Notes under the pieces: generated by a model | What the model saw: the letters and a program-made list of their open reading frames with translations, nothing else | The model's database searches: none | Told to the model about the DNA's origin: nothing | Position numbers and translations under genes: made by a program | Shown here: positions 45,440 through 57,600 of the stretch, piece by piece | Layout of the letters: the number at the start of each line of letters is the position of its first letter | Numbering within the stretch: the stretch's first letter is position 1 | Assembly: GCA_026770705.1 (NCBI GenBank) | Contig: JANJGN010000026.1 | Coordinates: 32,612,001 to 32,676,000, forward strand | Length of the DNA stretch: 64,000 bases | DNA from: Isurus oxyrinchus | Lineage: Eukaryota | Direction of reading: 5' to 3'

Positions 45440-47690
45440 ATAAAAGCAAAATACTGCGGATGAAACAAAAACAAAAATACCTAGAAAGACTCAGCAGGTC
45501 TGACAGAATCTGCGAAGCGGAATACAGTTGACATTTCGACTCCGTATGACTCTTCATCAGAACTAAGGAAAAAGAGAAATGAGATGAAATATATGCTGTT
45601 GGGTGGGGGGGGGGGGGGGGTAGCGGTGCCGTGTGGTGGGACAAGTAGAGCTGGGTAGGGGGCCAGTGATAGGTGGAGGCAAAGAAGAGATTGCCAAAGA
45701 TGTCATAGACAAAATGACAAAGGGGTGTTGACGGTGGTGACATTATCTAAGGAATGTGCTCATGGGGATATTAAGGGTAGCAAGCAGGACAAGCTGGTGG
45801 CAGATGGCCCTATTGCGGGTGGGGCAGGGGGAAGGGATCGAAATGGGCTGAAAGGTGGAGATTAAAAAAAATAGATCGAAATAAATTTTAAAATAGGTGG
45901 GGAAAAATATATTTTTATTATATATTATTGGAAAAGAGGGTATCGAAAAGGGGGTGGAGATGGAAGAGAGAGTTCATGATCTGAAATTGTTGAACTCAAT
46001 TTTAAGTCCGGAAGGCTGCAAAGTACCTAGTCGGAAGATGAGGTGTTCTTCCTCCAGTTTGCGTTGAACTTCACTGGAACCTTGCAGCAGGCCAAGGACG
46101 GACATGTGGGCATGAGAGCAGGGTGGAGTGTAGAAATGGCAAGCGACAGGGAGGTCTGGGTCATGCTTGCAGACAGGCCAAAGGTATTCTGCAAAGCGGT
46201 CACCCAGTCTGTGTTTGGTCTCTCCAATGTAGAGGAAAGTGCATTGGAAGCAGCAAAGACAGTAGACTAAATTGGGGGAAGTGCAAGTGAAGCACTGCTG
46301 CACTTGAACGGAGTCTTTGGGCTCTTGGACGGTGAGAAGGGGGTAAGTGTTGTATCTTCTGTGGTTGCATGGGAAGGTGCCGTGGGAGGGGGTGAGGTGT
46401 AGGGGGGTGATGGAGGAGTGGACCAGGGTATCCCGGAGGGAATGATCCCTGCGGAAAGCCACCGGGGGGAGCGAAGGGATTATGTGTTTAATGGTGGCAT
46501 CATGCTGGTTTTGGTGGAACTGGCGGAGGATGATCCTTTGAATGCAGAGGCTGGTGGAGTGATAAGTGAGGACAAGGAGGACCCTATCATGGTTGTGGGA
46601 GGGAGAGGAAAGTGTGAGGATGGATGCGTAGGATATGGGTTGGAACTGTTGAGGGCCTTGTCAACAACCGTGGGTGGAAAATCGAGGATGCTTCACTGCC
46701 CCTGGCGGCTTTCTGCAGGGATCGTTCCCTCTGGGACACCCTAGTCCACTCCTCCATCACCCCCTATACCTTAACACCTTCCCATGGCACCTTATCATGC
46801 AACCACAGAAGTTGCAACACCTGCCCCTTTACTTCCCCCCTCCTCACCGTCCAAGAGCCCAAAGACTCCGTTCAAGTGCAGCAGTGCTTCACTTGCACTT
46901 CCCTCAATATAGTCTATTGCATTCGCTGCTCCCAATGCGGTCTCCTGCACCTTGGAGAGACGAAACGGAGACTGGGTGACCACTTTGTGGAACACCTTCA
47001 GCCTGTCTGCAAGCATGACCCAGACCTCCCTGTCGCTTGCCATTTCAACACACGACTCTGCTCTCATGCCCACATGTCCGTCCTTGGCCTGCTGCATTGT
47101 TCCAGTGAAGCTCAACACAAACTGGAGGAATAGCACCTCATCTTCCGACATTAGGCACTTTATAGCCATCTGGACTTAATATTCAGTTCAACAATTTCAG
47201 ATCATGAACTGTCTCTTCCATCCCCACCCCCTTTCGGATCACCCTTTTTCCCATAAATTATAATTTTAAAACATATATATTTCTCTTTTCCCACCTATTT
47301 TGAAATTTAATTCGATCTATTGTTTTATCTCCACCTTTCAGCTCATTTCAAACCCTTCCCCTCACCCAACACCCATTATGTCCATCTGCCACTAGCTTGT
47401 CCTGCTTGGTACCCTTAGGGTCCCTATTCCTTAGATAATATCACCACCGTCAACACCCCTTTGTCCTTTTGTCTATGACATCTTTGGCAATCTCTTCGTT
47501 GCCTCCTTATCACTGTCCCCCAATCCAGCTCTACCTGTCCCACCCACCTCTGCCATCTTATAGTTCACCACATTTCTCTGTTTTCCTTGTTCTGATGAAG
47601 AGTAATGTGGACTCGAAACGTCAATTGTATTCTTCTCCTTGGATGCTGTCAGACCTGCTGAGTTTTCCAGGTATTTTAGTTTTTGTTGTG
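45440..47690. mobile_element. Penelope-like element remnant arranged as a ~2.2-kb inverted repeat
   Basis: GIY-YIG peptides on both strands (45974-46462 -, 46624-47133 +: VYCIRCSQCGLL(H/Y)(L/I)GETKRRLGDRF.EH); ~1-kb arms are reverse complements. Confidence 0.92.
47587..47627 (+). ncRNA. Minimal type I hammerhead ribozyme motif (Penelope-associated)
   Basis: CUGAUGA (47592-47598), stem II GAGU/ACUC, GAAAC-GUC (47615-47622); short stem I. Confidence 0.65.
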
Positions 47691-48115
47691 TATGATATCA
47701 CTGCCTGCTATAACACCGCCCATATCATCATCCACTGCTGTCGTCAGTATGACCCGCCTTCTTTGCCATTTATTATTGGAGAGTTTGCTGCCTTTGTTCT
47801 CTGATGTAATTGATTGGATGTGGGCGGCCCCGTGTTAGCTCAGAGACAGTGTGAGCCAATGTCACTTTGAAGTAGTGAATGTAAGTGGCCAGGACATGAG
47901 TTCAGAGACAGTGTGAACCGGTGTTCGTGTGAATCCTGAAGCGGTAAACTCCAAGGCTCGGCTTATTTCGCTAGTCCGACAGAAAAGCGCCTTGAGTTGG
48001 ACCTGAAGTGAATGTTTGGTTGCTTGTTCAATCTTCAGAATACAATATCCTTTTCCTGGCCGTAACCTGATCTCCGTGGACAATTGCTTCAGCTGGTATT
48101 TCATGTGATCTGATA

Positions 48116-48481
48116 ATGCTGTGGATTTACAGAGTCTGTTTTCTCTTATCCATTCTGATCTCCACTGAAGTGACCGGTGAAGATGAGGTGACGAAGCTCC
48201 CAGTGTGAATTGTTGTCAGTGAAGCGGGAATCGTATCCATGAACTGCACCATCATCAGTGGGATGAACGTGGTGTGTTGGTACAGGCAGCTCCCCAATCA
48301 GCCACCCCAACATCTTGTAGTGGCCACAAGAGGAACTGATCAACACGGGAGGATCTCTGCTTCAGTCGGGGGAGACAACAAACTTAGTATCCTGGCCATG
48401 AGGGATACGCAAGTTACAGACACTGCCTCCTATCTAAGTGCCATGAGTGTAACAAACAAACTGAGAGCTCGTACAGAAACC
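48116..48481 (+). pseudogene. Family D intronless V (pseudogene)
   Basis: MNCTII..WYRQLPNQPPQHL..GRISAS..DTASYLS; frameshift, stop, second Cys>Ser, heptamer damaged; nonamer 48473-48481. Confidence 0.9.
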
Positions 48482-48543
48482 TACACAGAGTGGGGGCTCA
48501 GGACTACGATGTTTCCATGATCGGCTTGTGAATTATGTGATGA

Positions 48544-48732
48544 NNNNNNNNNNNNNNNNNNNNNNNNNNNNNNNNNNNNNNNNNNNNNNNNNNNNNNNNN
48601 NNNNNNNNNNNNNNNNNNNNNNNNNNNNNNNNNNNNNNNNNNNNNNNNNNNNNNNNNNNNNNNNNNNNNNNNNNNNNNNNNNNNNNNNNNNNNNNNNNNN
48701 NNNNNNNNNNNNNNNNNNNNNNNNNNNNNNNN
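48544..48732. other. Assembly gap
   Basis: N run. Confidence 1.
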
Positions 48733-49349
48733 GGGGACGGTGTTAAGGGCAAGAGCAAGGCAGTATAATATATAAAGGTTTAAACGTGATCAGAAATGCA
48801 GGGAGTTAGAAACATAGATGCTGAGAAAGGAAGCGCAAACGCACAAGCCAGAATGAGTGAGAGGCAATGGTAAAGCGAATAGGTACAGGAATCATTCGTG
48901 AAAAGCTCATAACATGAGATAAATATGGAAAAATAAATGAAAGAAAGTGGAAAATAACGAACGTCATTCAAAGAGTTTAAAGATTAGATGAAGTCATAAA
49001 TGTAAAGAACCTCAAATAAAATAGAATTCATTTATATTTAACAACACTCATACTTCTCTGTTAGTTCCAAAGCTAAATTTTCTGAAAATGTTGCCTAAAC
49101 ACTGGTCATTGAATCGTGCCACATGGATACATTTCCACTTTTCTCTTTGTTCTGATGTTGAAAAGTTCTCATGGGTTCCGCTAGGATAACGTGTGATCAC
49201 ACGTTACTCCCTGTTATCCACTGGACATTATAGGGGCAGAACTGGCAGTTACCCTGCACAGGCAGCCCCACCCACAGGTTTCCTTCGTTGTTATTCGTTT
49301 TGACCCTCATTGCTTGCTCTGTAGTAGTGGGTACATTTAATGGAAAGAC

Positions 49350-49695
49350 AGTGGTATAATGGTTATGTTGTTGCACTAGTAATTGAGCGACTCGGTTGCA
49401 TGGGTTTAAGTCCCTCCACACAGCATGTGGCAAATTTAAATTTAAAGAGCAAAACCTGGGAATTAAATCAAGTTTTGTAATAGTGACCATGAAAGTAACA
49501 TTGATTGGTGTACCGATGTCCTTTGGGGAAGAAAATCTGCCATCTCTTCCTGACCTGATCTACATGAGAATCAAGACCCGCAGCAATGTGTTTGGCTCAT
49601 AACTCCCCTCCGAGACAGCCTCACCAACCACTCAGCTCATGGGCAATTAGGGATCGGCAACAAATGGGTCTTGTCAGCGATGCCTACATCTCATC
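49350..49695 (+). mobile_element. SINE copy (tRNA-like head, LINE tail)
   Basis: A-box/B-box-like gtggtataatggt..gggtttaagtccc; ends gggcaattagggatcggcaacaaatg. Confidence 0.78.
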
Positions 49696-49989
49696 AAATA
49701 ATTTTAAAAAGCCAAAAAAGAATGGTAAAGAGTATTCTGAACAAACTAATCATGTCTCCAGATGAGGTGTGAATGGATCCTTGGCGGCTGCCCAAATGCA
49801 ATATGAAGGGATAAAGAAAGAAACGAGACAAGAACGAACCAGCACAAAAAAAACATGAAAACGATGGAGGCAGAGGTCATCATCTATAATTGAACACAAT
49901 GTTAAATACAGAAGGCTGTAAAGAACATTGAAAAATAGCAGTATTGCTTTGGAATTGGTATCAGTGCTTTTACACTTTCTTGCATATTG

Positions 49990-50410
49990 TCAGCCTTGGT
50001 TCAGTTGGTGACACACTCCCAGCAGCATCAAAATGTTCTGGGTTCAACCTCACTCCAGGACTTGAGCACAAAAATCAATGCTGACGCTCAGGTGAATCAC
50101 TGGAGGAGAATTACATCAGGTGACGTATTTTGGATGAGGCATTAACACGATCTACACCTCTCTGCTCAGGTGAATGTAAAATATCTCATGACACTCTTTC
50201 TAAGAAAAGCATGGGAATTATCCAATTTTCATCCCTCAATTAACATCACACAAACTGGCTATCCCATTGCTATATGTCAATTTGCTGTATGGACATTAAT
50301 GACAACAGCTCCTAAATTACAACAATGATCACACTTCAGCAAGTGCTTCAATGGCGATAAGTTCTTTGATACGTCCATTAATTGGAGAAAATGCTAACTG
50401 AATGTAAGGT
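49990..50410 (+). mobile_element. Old SINE, probably DeuSINE (SacSINE1/AmnSINE-like)
   Basis: tRNA-like head (ttggttcagttggt..gggttcaacc) and central ttggatgag..ctcaggtgaatgtaaaa..catccctcaat..aacatcac resembling the Deu domain (recalled, not searched). Confidence 0.55.
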
Positions 50411-50794
50411 TATTTCCTTCTTTCATTATCATTTACGATGCAATTACCAATATTGACATATTCAAACATCAGCAAGAAAGGTTCGTTATGCACACATCTG
50501 GGTAAGGTTCAAAGAATAAAAGCATATTTTCGGACTGGAATAATGAAATTCCTCTTTACGCACAATGTGAGAGCAAAGTGAAACAAGGTTTCACTCAGAC
50601 TGGAGGAGAGAAACAGATCAGAATTGGTGGATTTTACAAAGGAAGGCGAGAATTAGGGTCTCCCTGGAAAAGCGAACAACACCAAGAAGGAGGGAAAATC
50701 CATTCTCATTTATAACTATACTGTAAAATACAACTTGCCGGATTCAGCAACAGTAAAAACACCTCGCAATTATTAGTACACAAGAGGGCAATGT

Positions 50795-51000
50795 GAACTA
50801 CTGGGTGTAGGCACCACAGTATGAGCTCAGAGAGTGTAGGCAGGTCTCCGTCAAAGACAGTGAGTATGGGTGGCCCGGTGTGAGCTCAGAGAGCGTGAAC
50901 TGTCTCAGTGAGAAACACTGAGTGTAGGCAGCCCAGTGTGAACTCAGAGAGTGTGAGCTGGTGTCCTGGAGAAAGACTGAGTTTTGGTGCTGCCTGTGAG
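50795..51000. repeat. Degenerate minisatellite upstream of family D V
   Basis: Repeats of (ca)gtgtgagctcagagag; shorter versions at ~23125 and ~47840. Confidence 0.6.
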
Positions 51001-51029
51001 TTGAGGGGCAAGGAAAGCGTTGCTTCAAT

Positions 51030-51560
51030 TAAATAGAAGCTTGGTTAGGTCACACCTAGAGTACTGTGTGCAGTTTTGTCCCCCTTAACTCTGAAATAGT
51101 ATCGCTCTCGAGGTAGTGCACCGAAGGTTCACCAGACTTGTTCCTGGAATGGTGGTACTGTCTTATGAGGAGAGATTGGGGAAACTGGGCCTGTATTCTC
51201 TAAAGTTTCGAAGAATGAGAGGTGATCTGATTGAAACCTACAGAACACTTAAAATAATAGACAGGGTACATGCAGGTAAGATGTTTCCCCCCACTGGAGA
51301 GTCTAGAACCAAGGGACACAATTTTAAAATAATGGGGAAGCGACCAATGGCAAAGATGAGTGGAAATTTCTTTACTCTGAGAGTTGCAAATCTTTGGAAT
51401 TCTCCACCCCAGAGGGCCATGAAAGTTCAGTCTTTGAGTGTAGTTAAGGTACAATTGATAGATTTCCGATTCACAATAACGTAAGGGGTTATGGAGATAG
51501 TATGGGTAAAAGCCAGGGCAGGCTCGACAGGCTGAATGGCCTTCTCCTGTTCCTATTGTA
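51030..51560 (+). mobile_element. CR1 3' fragment inserted in family D promoter
   Basis: HRRFTRLVPG..SYEERLGKLGLYSL..RRMRGDLIE. Confidence 0.9.
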
Positions 51561-51765
51561 AGCTGCCATTAGTGAGAAGCATGGAAAGTGGAAGCTCCAG
51601 AGTAGGCACATTCCGAGCACATGTTCTTTCGGTTTTCCACACGAAGAAACCTCTGAGTTTGGTTTGAAGCGGGGGTCTGGCTGATTGTTAATTCTCCTGA
51701 ATCTGCTCTCGTGCCCTGGTTCTCCGTGGACAATTCGGTCTACAAGCATTTCATCCGGTTCAATA

Positions 51766-52105
51766 ATGTTCCAGATTTACTGGGTTTTCGTGATGGTTGA
51801 TGCACTTCTCAAGTGAAGCTGAGGTTGTGCAGCTCCCTGGGCGGCTGGTTCTCAGTGACGTGGGAATCGTATCCATGAACTGCTCGGCTACCGTCTCGTA
51901 CTGGGACAGACTCCGCCCGTAACAGCCCCTCCAGCATCTGGTTATGGCCACATGTGGTACCGATCAACAAGGAAGGATCACTGTTGCAATCCGGTGAGTC
52001 AATAAATTTAGCACAATGACCTTGAGGGACATCCGAATGACAGACAGCGCCACTATCTCTGTGCCGTGAGGCCACAGAGTAGCAAACAGAGTCTGTACAG
52101 AAACC
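51766..52105 (+). pseudogene. Family D intronless V (pseudogene) with damaged RSS
   Basis: EVVQLPGRLV..IVSMNC..; deletions; CACAGAG-17-ACAGAAACC. Confidence 0.85.
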
Positions 52106-52881
52106 CTGTGGGAGAGCTCCTCTGCTGTGTTTTGGCATATCCGGTAATAATAATGGAAATCTATAGTGCATGAGCTTAAAATAGAAAATAGTGAAGAGAG
52201 AGAGATCAAAAAGTGCGAAATAAAGATAAATGGAAACCCAGGCAGGGAAAACAGAGGAGCAAACATGGAAAGGGAGATTGAGAGCAAGAATGGGTAGAAA
52301 CGTTTGCCAATTCATTTCAGGGAAAGGACATTAACAAAATAAGAAAAGATGAATAAAGGAAAGTGCAAATAACTAGTGGGAAAAGCAAATGTAGAAGTAA
52401 ACCTTGAAGGAAAAGATGTAACAACGAGAAAACTGCATTTTCCTTTAAACTCCCTTCCCCCCAGGAGATATTTCAATTGCCTGAAATAGGTCTGTGAATA
52501 AAAAGCTGGAAGCTGCCGGAAGATGTTGATTCCTTTGTGAGGTACATTTGTCCAGCCTCTATTCATTCTATCAGGAAAGAATTTTACTGAATTCGAACAC
52601 CCAGCGCCTGATATGTTCCTTTCCAGAGCCACTGGCAGAAAGCGACAGGTTTCCACCTACACATGGAGGAGAGGAACTTGCTGGTCTTCAGACAGCTGGC
52701 CTGTTCAGGTGTGAGCCGCTGGGCTAGGGAGCAGCAGCTCAACAAACTGCTTCTTACATCGTGTGAACAATAGTTACAACCAACCCAGAAGCAGAAATTC
52801 CACGTGACTTGAAATTGGTTCGTTTAGGTATCTGGTAATGTGTTTACCCGATATGTGTTCATCTAATGCCAGCTGTTTCAT

Positions 52882-53044
52882 NNNNNNNNNNNNNNNNNNN
52901 NNNNNNNNNNNNNNNNNNNNNNNNNNNNNNNNNNNNNNNNNNNNNNNNNNNNNNNNNNNNNNNNNNNNNNNNNNNNNNNNNNNNNNNNNNNNNNNNNNNN
53001 NNNNNNNNNNNNNNNNNNNNNNNNNNNNNNNNNNNNNNNNNNNN
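52882..53044. other. Assembly gap
   Basis: N run. Confidence 1.
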
Positions 53045-53323
53045 TCTCCTTGCTTATGTTTCGTTTTCTCGTTTATGTACCTATCTAGGTATATGAGAGT
53101 CACATACCTTTGTCTGTCCATATCTTTACTTCGTATGTTCTATAACCAAGTTTTACTTAATATGTTTCTGGGCGCCGTATCTACAGCAACAGCCTTGGAA
53201 TTTTCTAACTTTATCCAGATGGAAGTTTGAAAATGAGAAAGTAACGTTTCTGACCATCGCCGGCATTTCAAAAGGCCCCGTTTGGGTAAAAGTTAAAGGT
53301 GCAGCGGAGAAGGGCAGTGAACA

Positions 53324-53362
53324 AGATATTGTACGGCCCGATCTGCTCTATGTCTCACTGTG
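53324..53362 (-). other. 23-RSS: CACAGTG-23-ACAATATCT
   Basis: Spacer counted 53333-53355. Confidence 0.85.
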
Positions 53363-53790
53363 TCTGCTTCGCGCAGTGATAGATTCTGGCGTCCTGGACG
53401 GCTGTGTTGTCTATAGAGATGGTGTTGGAATTCTTCACTCGATCAAAGAACAATGCGGAGCGTCCTTCTGTCATGCTCTCCTGATATTAGGAGCCAATAA
53501 GTGTCGGAGCCCCTGACAGTGTTTGCCTGTACCAGGCTACTGTATGACCAGAGCCAATAGAGAGCCGACAGCTCATTCCCGTTCCCCTTCCCGACACACC
53601 ACCTGCTCAGGGTGGGAGCTCTGATCCTCAAACTGAACGGCTGTAAACAGAGGGAAAATTCCACAAACTACGACAGGGTATTAAGAGATTGGTTAGACAA
53701 TGCATCTGACTAGGTAAATAAACTCACAAAATATCCAGAGCATCAGGGACCCTATTGTAAACAGGCCTTTGCGGGGGTTTCTGTTCATGA
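53363..53790 (-). pseudogene. TCR V segment, family H (pseudogene)
   Basis: V exon 53640-53363: MSCRLSIGSGHTVAWYRQTLSGAPTLIGS*..EGRSALFFDRVKNSNTISI..QDARIYHCAK; frameshift and stop. Confidence 0.85.
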
Positions 53791-54760
53791 TGACGAAGAT
53801 GAACAAAAGGCGGATCCATCAGGGTCTGATTTCCAAGCTGGAACTTGCTGCCGAGCCCAGGGTTCGCAATGGTGGAGAGGAGGGGGAGAGCGAGATCTTC
53901 ACATCCTCCTCTTATAGTGAATGACTGATGAGTGATTTTCTCACCAATCGACTTATTATTGGTTGCTGTCATCAGGCGTCATTCAGTGCATCACGCAGGG
54001 ACTGGCTGTCTCAATGCAGAGAACTCTTGACCGGTCACTGGGAATGAATTTTTCCTTCTCTTTACAACAATAGATTATTTTATTTAGGTTGATTGGATCT
54101 CTGGGGTATTTTTAACGTCAATGGTCATCGCTGGCTCAAAATCATTTAATTTAGCAGGGTTGTTTGCTGGTTCCTCATTGCCTGTAAATAATTTTACTCC
54201 TTTGCCTTTAAATCCACATTTGCTTCATATTTGCTTTCTGTACCAGTGCAGTTTATATTTACCACGCCGCCTCAATGCTCTTTGGACACTATAGTTTCAT
54301 TGAATGAGACAAACGTAAACTACATTTCCTGATTGACTTTCACTCCGATATCAATGAGAGAACTCCAGGCTGACATTCACGCCGCCTGGAGGTGTTTACG
54401 CGTAACTGCGCGCTTGCCGAATTTGTGCAATCCTGTATTCACCCCACTGTTCCGCGTTTTACTGCGGAGGGAATGTTTCCTTTAAGGGGAGATTGACCCA
54501 CCAGACATCAAGACCAACAAGATAAAAATATCAGAATGTTGGAGGTAATCAGAGAAACCAACTGTCTGCAGCTCTCCTTGATTGGTGGGGAACTGTCATT
54601 ATCTCCAACAGACCAGCCAATCCTCTCTCGGGTAACCACTCCTCTATTTCTAAAAAAGTGAGATCTGATCCTGATCTGGGTTGCACTTTAATATCAGACC
54701 AGAGGGATCAACATATTTAGAATAACCTGTGGTTTTCTGTTGCGCTCGATACCAGGCACC

Positions 54761-55196
54761 ATGTGCTCCCCATGTTCGTTACTGATAATGATGGTCTTGC
54801 TGCCTGGTCACTCTATGCCTACATTGTCAGTGTGTTTACAGGGGTTATATTTCCTCACTGACTTTTGAAAAATTCTGCATTTGTGTTACGGGAACGAGTG
54901 GCGCGGATTCAGTGTCCCAAGATCCGTCTGAATGAATGATTCTGGAAGGACAGAGCATAGCATTGGACTGCAGTTACTCGACAACGACCCTGCCCAAACT
55001 CTGTCCTGGTACAACCAGCATCCTGGCGAAGCTCTGAGATATTTACTGAAAATATAAAGTTGGGGGATGAAGAGTAGTCTCCAAACTTAACAAACAGGTT
55101 CTCTGCTGATTTGCACATAGGAAACAAAACTGTTCATTAAAATTTCTCCGGGGCTCTTCTCTCCGACAGTGCCGTGTATTTCTGTGCCATAGAACC
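54761..55196 (+). pseudogene. TCR V segment, family A (pseudogene)
   Basis: Leader MCSPCSLLIMMVLLP; acceptor AG lost; stops; SDSAVYFCAIE; RSS CAAACTG-24-GCAAAAACC (55197-55236); CTCF-like motif 55258-55274. Confidence 0.9.
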
Positions 55197-55824
55197 CAAA
55201 CTGTAAAAGAGATATAGCAGGTCCGGAGCAAAAACCCCACTGGGAATTCCAGTTTGTGCTCAGCAGGGGGCGCTCACACACCGCGAAACAGTAGCAATAA
55301 AGCATTCCCCACAGTGAGGGTCACAGGACTTCCTAAAAGATGCATTAAGAACATCAATGTTAGCGGAATTATATTAGCTGATTTCAACTCCAGCTTGTGC
55401 CACAATCGATTTTCATAAATCTATTTGATTACTTTCATTAACTTGTTGCCTTTTGATGCCATTTCTGTGCCTGTCTATTATATTGAACAACCCTTTCCCC
55501 GTCTCCCCTGTCGGTTTCATCGTCCGCGGCCTGTTCACAGGGTTTGTTTGATCAGAGTGTGTTGCTGGGTCGGAGACAGTTTATACACAACGAGCACAGC
55601 TCACCAGGCAGTAACTATAATCTCTAAAACAAATCTCAGGTACAGAGTTCACCCGCTGACCACTGAGCTTCAGAATGTTCCCTTAATGCTGGAAGCTTTT
55701 CTGTCGCTATTAAAATCCCGAGCTTTCTGGTGATAATGAACAGACCAAGGTTTAATTCCACCCACACCTGTCTCGAAAAGTGCAGTTGTTCCTCTATCTG
55801 ACTGTAGTCCAGCTCGGGGTGTTT

Positions 55825-56133
55825 CATTGTCAGTCAGCTGACCACCGAAGGATGTCACAGACCCATGGAGACAGAAGGAAGTGAGATGAAAGCTACCTGA
55901 GACATAGCAACAATCTATTGAGGGTGGGGATTAGAAGAGGTAAGTCCAAATCTGATTCTGTGATGATATGCCGGTCGAATGGACTCTGCAGTTTGTTCTG
56001 TTGGCCGCTCCTGAAAACAGTTGGTGACAGTTTGATCCGAGGTTAATGTGGTTTTCTTTCCGTTTGTGTCTAAGCGACTGACAGCGCCGCTGAACATTGT
56101 GGCTGTACCTGCCCGAGACTCGATACAACCCTC
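55825..56133 (+). repeat. Family F V-like relic with 12-spacer RSS-like end
   Basis: TACCTGC 56106-56112, 12 bp, ACAACCCTC 56125-56133. Confidence 0.6.
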
Positions 56134-56184
56134 AACCGACAGGGATTCCCAGAATGGAATGAATGGAGTTTCACGAAGAAGGCC

Positions 56185-56430
56185 ATACATATTGAGAAGT
56201 GATCTAATGATGAAGACCGGACTGAAATGGTTACGCAGGATGGTTCTTCTCTCTGAATGCTGCAGCCCGAGAAATCCTCTGTCAGAGCAGAAATACTGAG
56301 CCCCGCCCCACAGAACTGCTGACCCAAACAATGCCAACCAGAACAGAGGCAGCAATCGGTCCAATAATACAGGGCAGGCAAGGCGGGTCAGAGAGACGGC
56401 TGCAAACGGGAAGCTGTGGGCGGGGCTACA
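56185..56430 (-). pseudogene. Orphan family B promoter and leader
   Basis: Paralogue of 7850-8100. Confidence 0.6.
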
Positions 56431-57061
56431 GCAGACTGTTATCACACATCGGACCCATCTGTCAGGAGCTGAAATCAATAATAACAATAATACCACGTTC
56501 CAAAATGATGTAACTCTGTGTCTCTATGAGAACTGCTGTACTTTCACATTCATTCCATACTGGGCAGAACAGGATGAATACAGGCATATCAGGATGAGTA
56601 ATTTATTCAGTAATAAAGGGAATCCACGTCAGCAACTTCGGATAAAACTGGGCCTGAATCTATGGGCAGCTGCGTTAGTCTGAGGTAATTTACAACAAGT
56701 ATCAATGGCCTGAAACATTTAATGTAAAGACTGGAAGAAGAGAATGGCTGAAATTATTCATAACGAGTGAAGGCAGAGACTGAGAAAGAACAAGTCGGCA
56801 GGGAAGGGCATCCAAGGAAAAGAAAGGTGTGTGAAAGCACCACAGATCGATTCACGATATTCATTTTTCTTATATGCTCGAGTTGAAATCGCATGTTGAT
56901 ATTACTACTGAAGTGGTCATTGTCGGATCTTGGAGGGGGTTGTGTTTTGTTGCAATTTTGCGATGGTCCCTGAGACTCTCGCTGTGGAGGCGGGATTATT
57001 TAATCTGTTTATTGGTGTCAGCGCACCTTCTGCTGAGCACTAACTGGAACTCTCGGTGTTA

Positions 57062-57101
57062 GGTTTTTGTACTGGATCCGCTATATCTCTGCAGCAGTGT
57101 G
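57062..57101 (-). other. RSS: CACACTG-24-ACAAAAACC (or CACTGCT-22)
   Basis: Spacer counted 57071-57094. Confidence 0.85.
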
Positions 57102-57600
57102 GGTTGCGTGGCACAGAAATATACCACACTGTCAGAGATCAGGACGTTGCAGATCATTAGCTCGGTAATCTTAGCTGTTTTATTCAACGTAGCTGAAAAG
57201 CGGTCGGGAATGTCGGTGTGTCTGTATACCTCCCCTCCCAGGATACGGAGCATGTACTTTGGAGGCTGCCCAAGGCGCTGACTGTACCAGTACACATAAG
57301 GGTTAGAATCGCTTGTTTTCAAGGTGCAAGTTAGGGTAGCATTTCTTTCTTCTTCCGCCATTATTTCAGCAACCCGTTGTTCCACTGTGTCTGGGTGGCT
57401 CCATTCTAACGTGAAAATATAGTAAAAACAACAATTAGCCTCAGCCTCATTTTAATCAACATAATCATCATCATCAGTTTTTTCTTACCAACAATAGCAT
57501 CTGGGCTACATTGTCAGGAGGAGAATCTAGTTTTTCCAGGAAGGAAATACTTACTGAGAAGTGAGATAATGATGAGGAGCGGAGAGAGACGGTTCCCTAT
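57102..57600 (-). pseudogene. TCR V segment, family B: intact V exon (57405-57102), leader start ATG>ATA
   Basis: (I)GNRLSPLLIIISLL|K-WSHPDTVEQRVAE..TLTC..YVYWYSQ..DRFSATLNK..VVYFCATQP; no in-frame upstream ATG seen. Confidence 0.85.

Noticed and set aside
55915-56496. 193-aa ORF with similar ORFs at 7649, 15889 and 35374
   Set aside because: Composite of family B promoter/leader and the antisense F relic; frames are not conserved among copies
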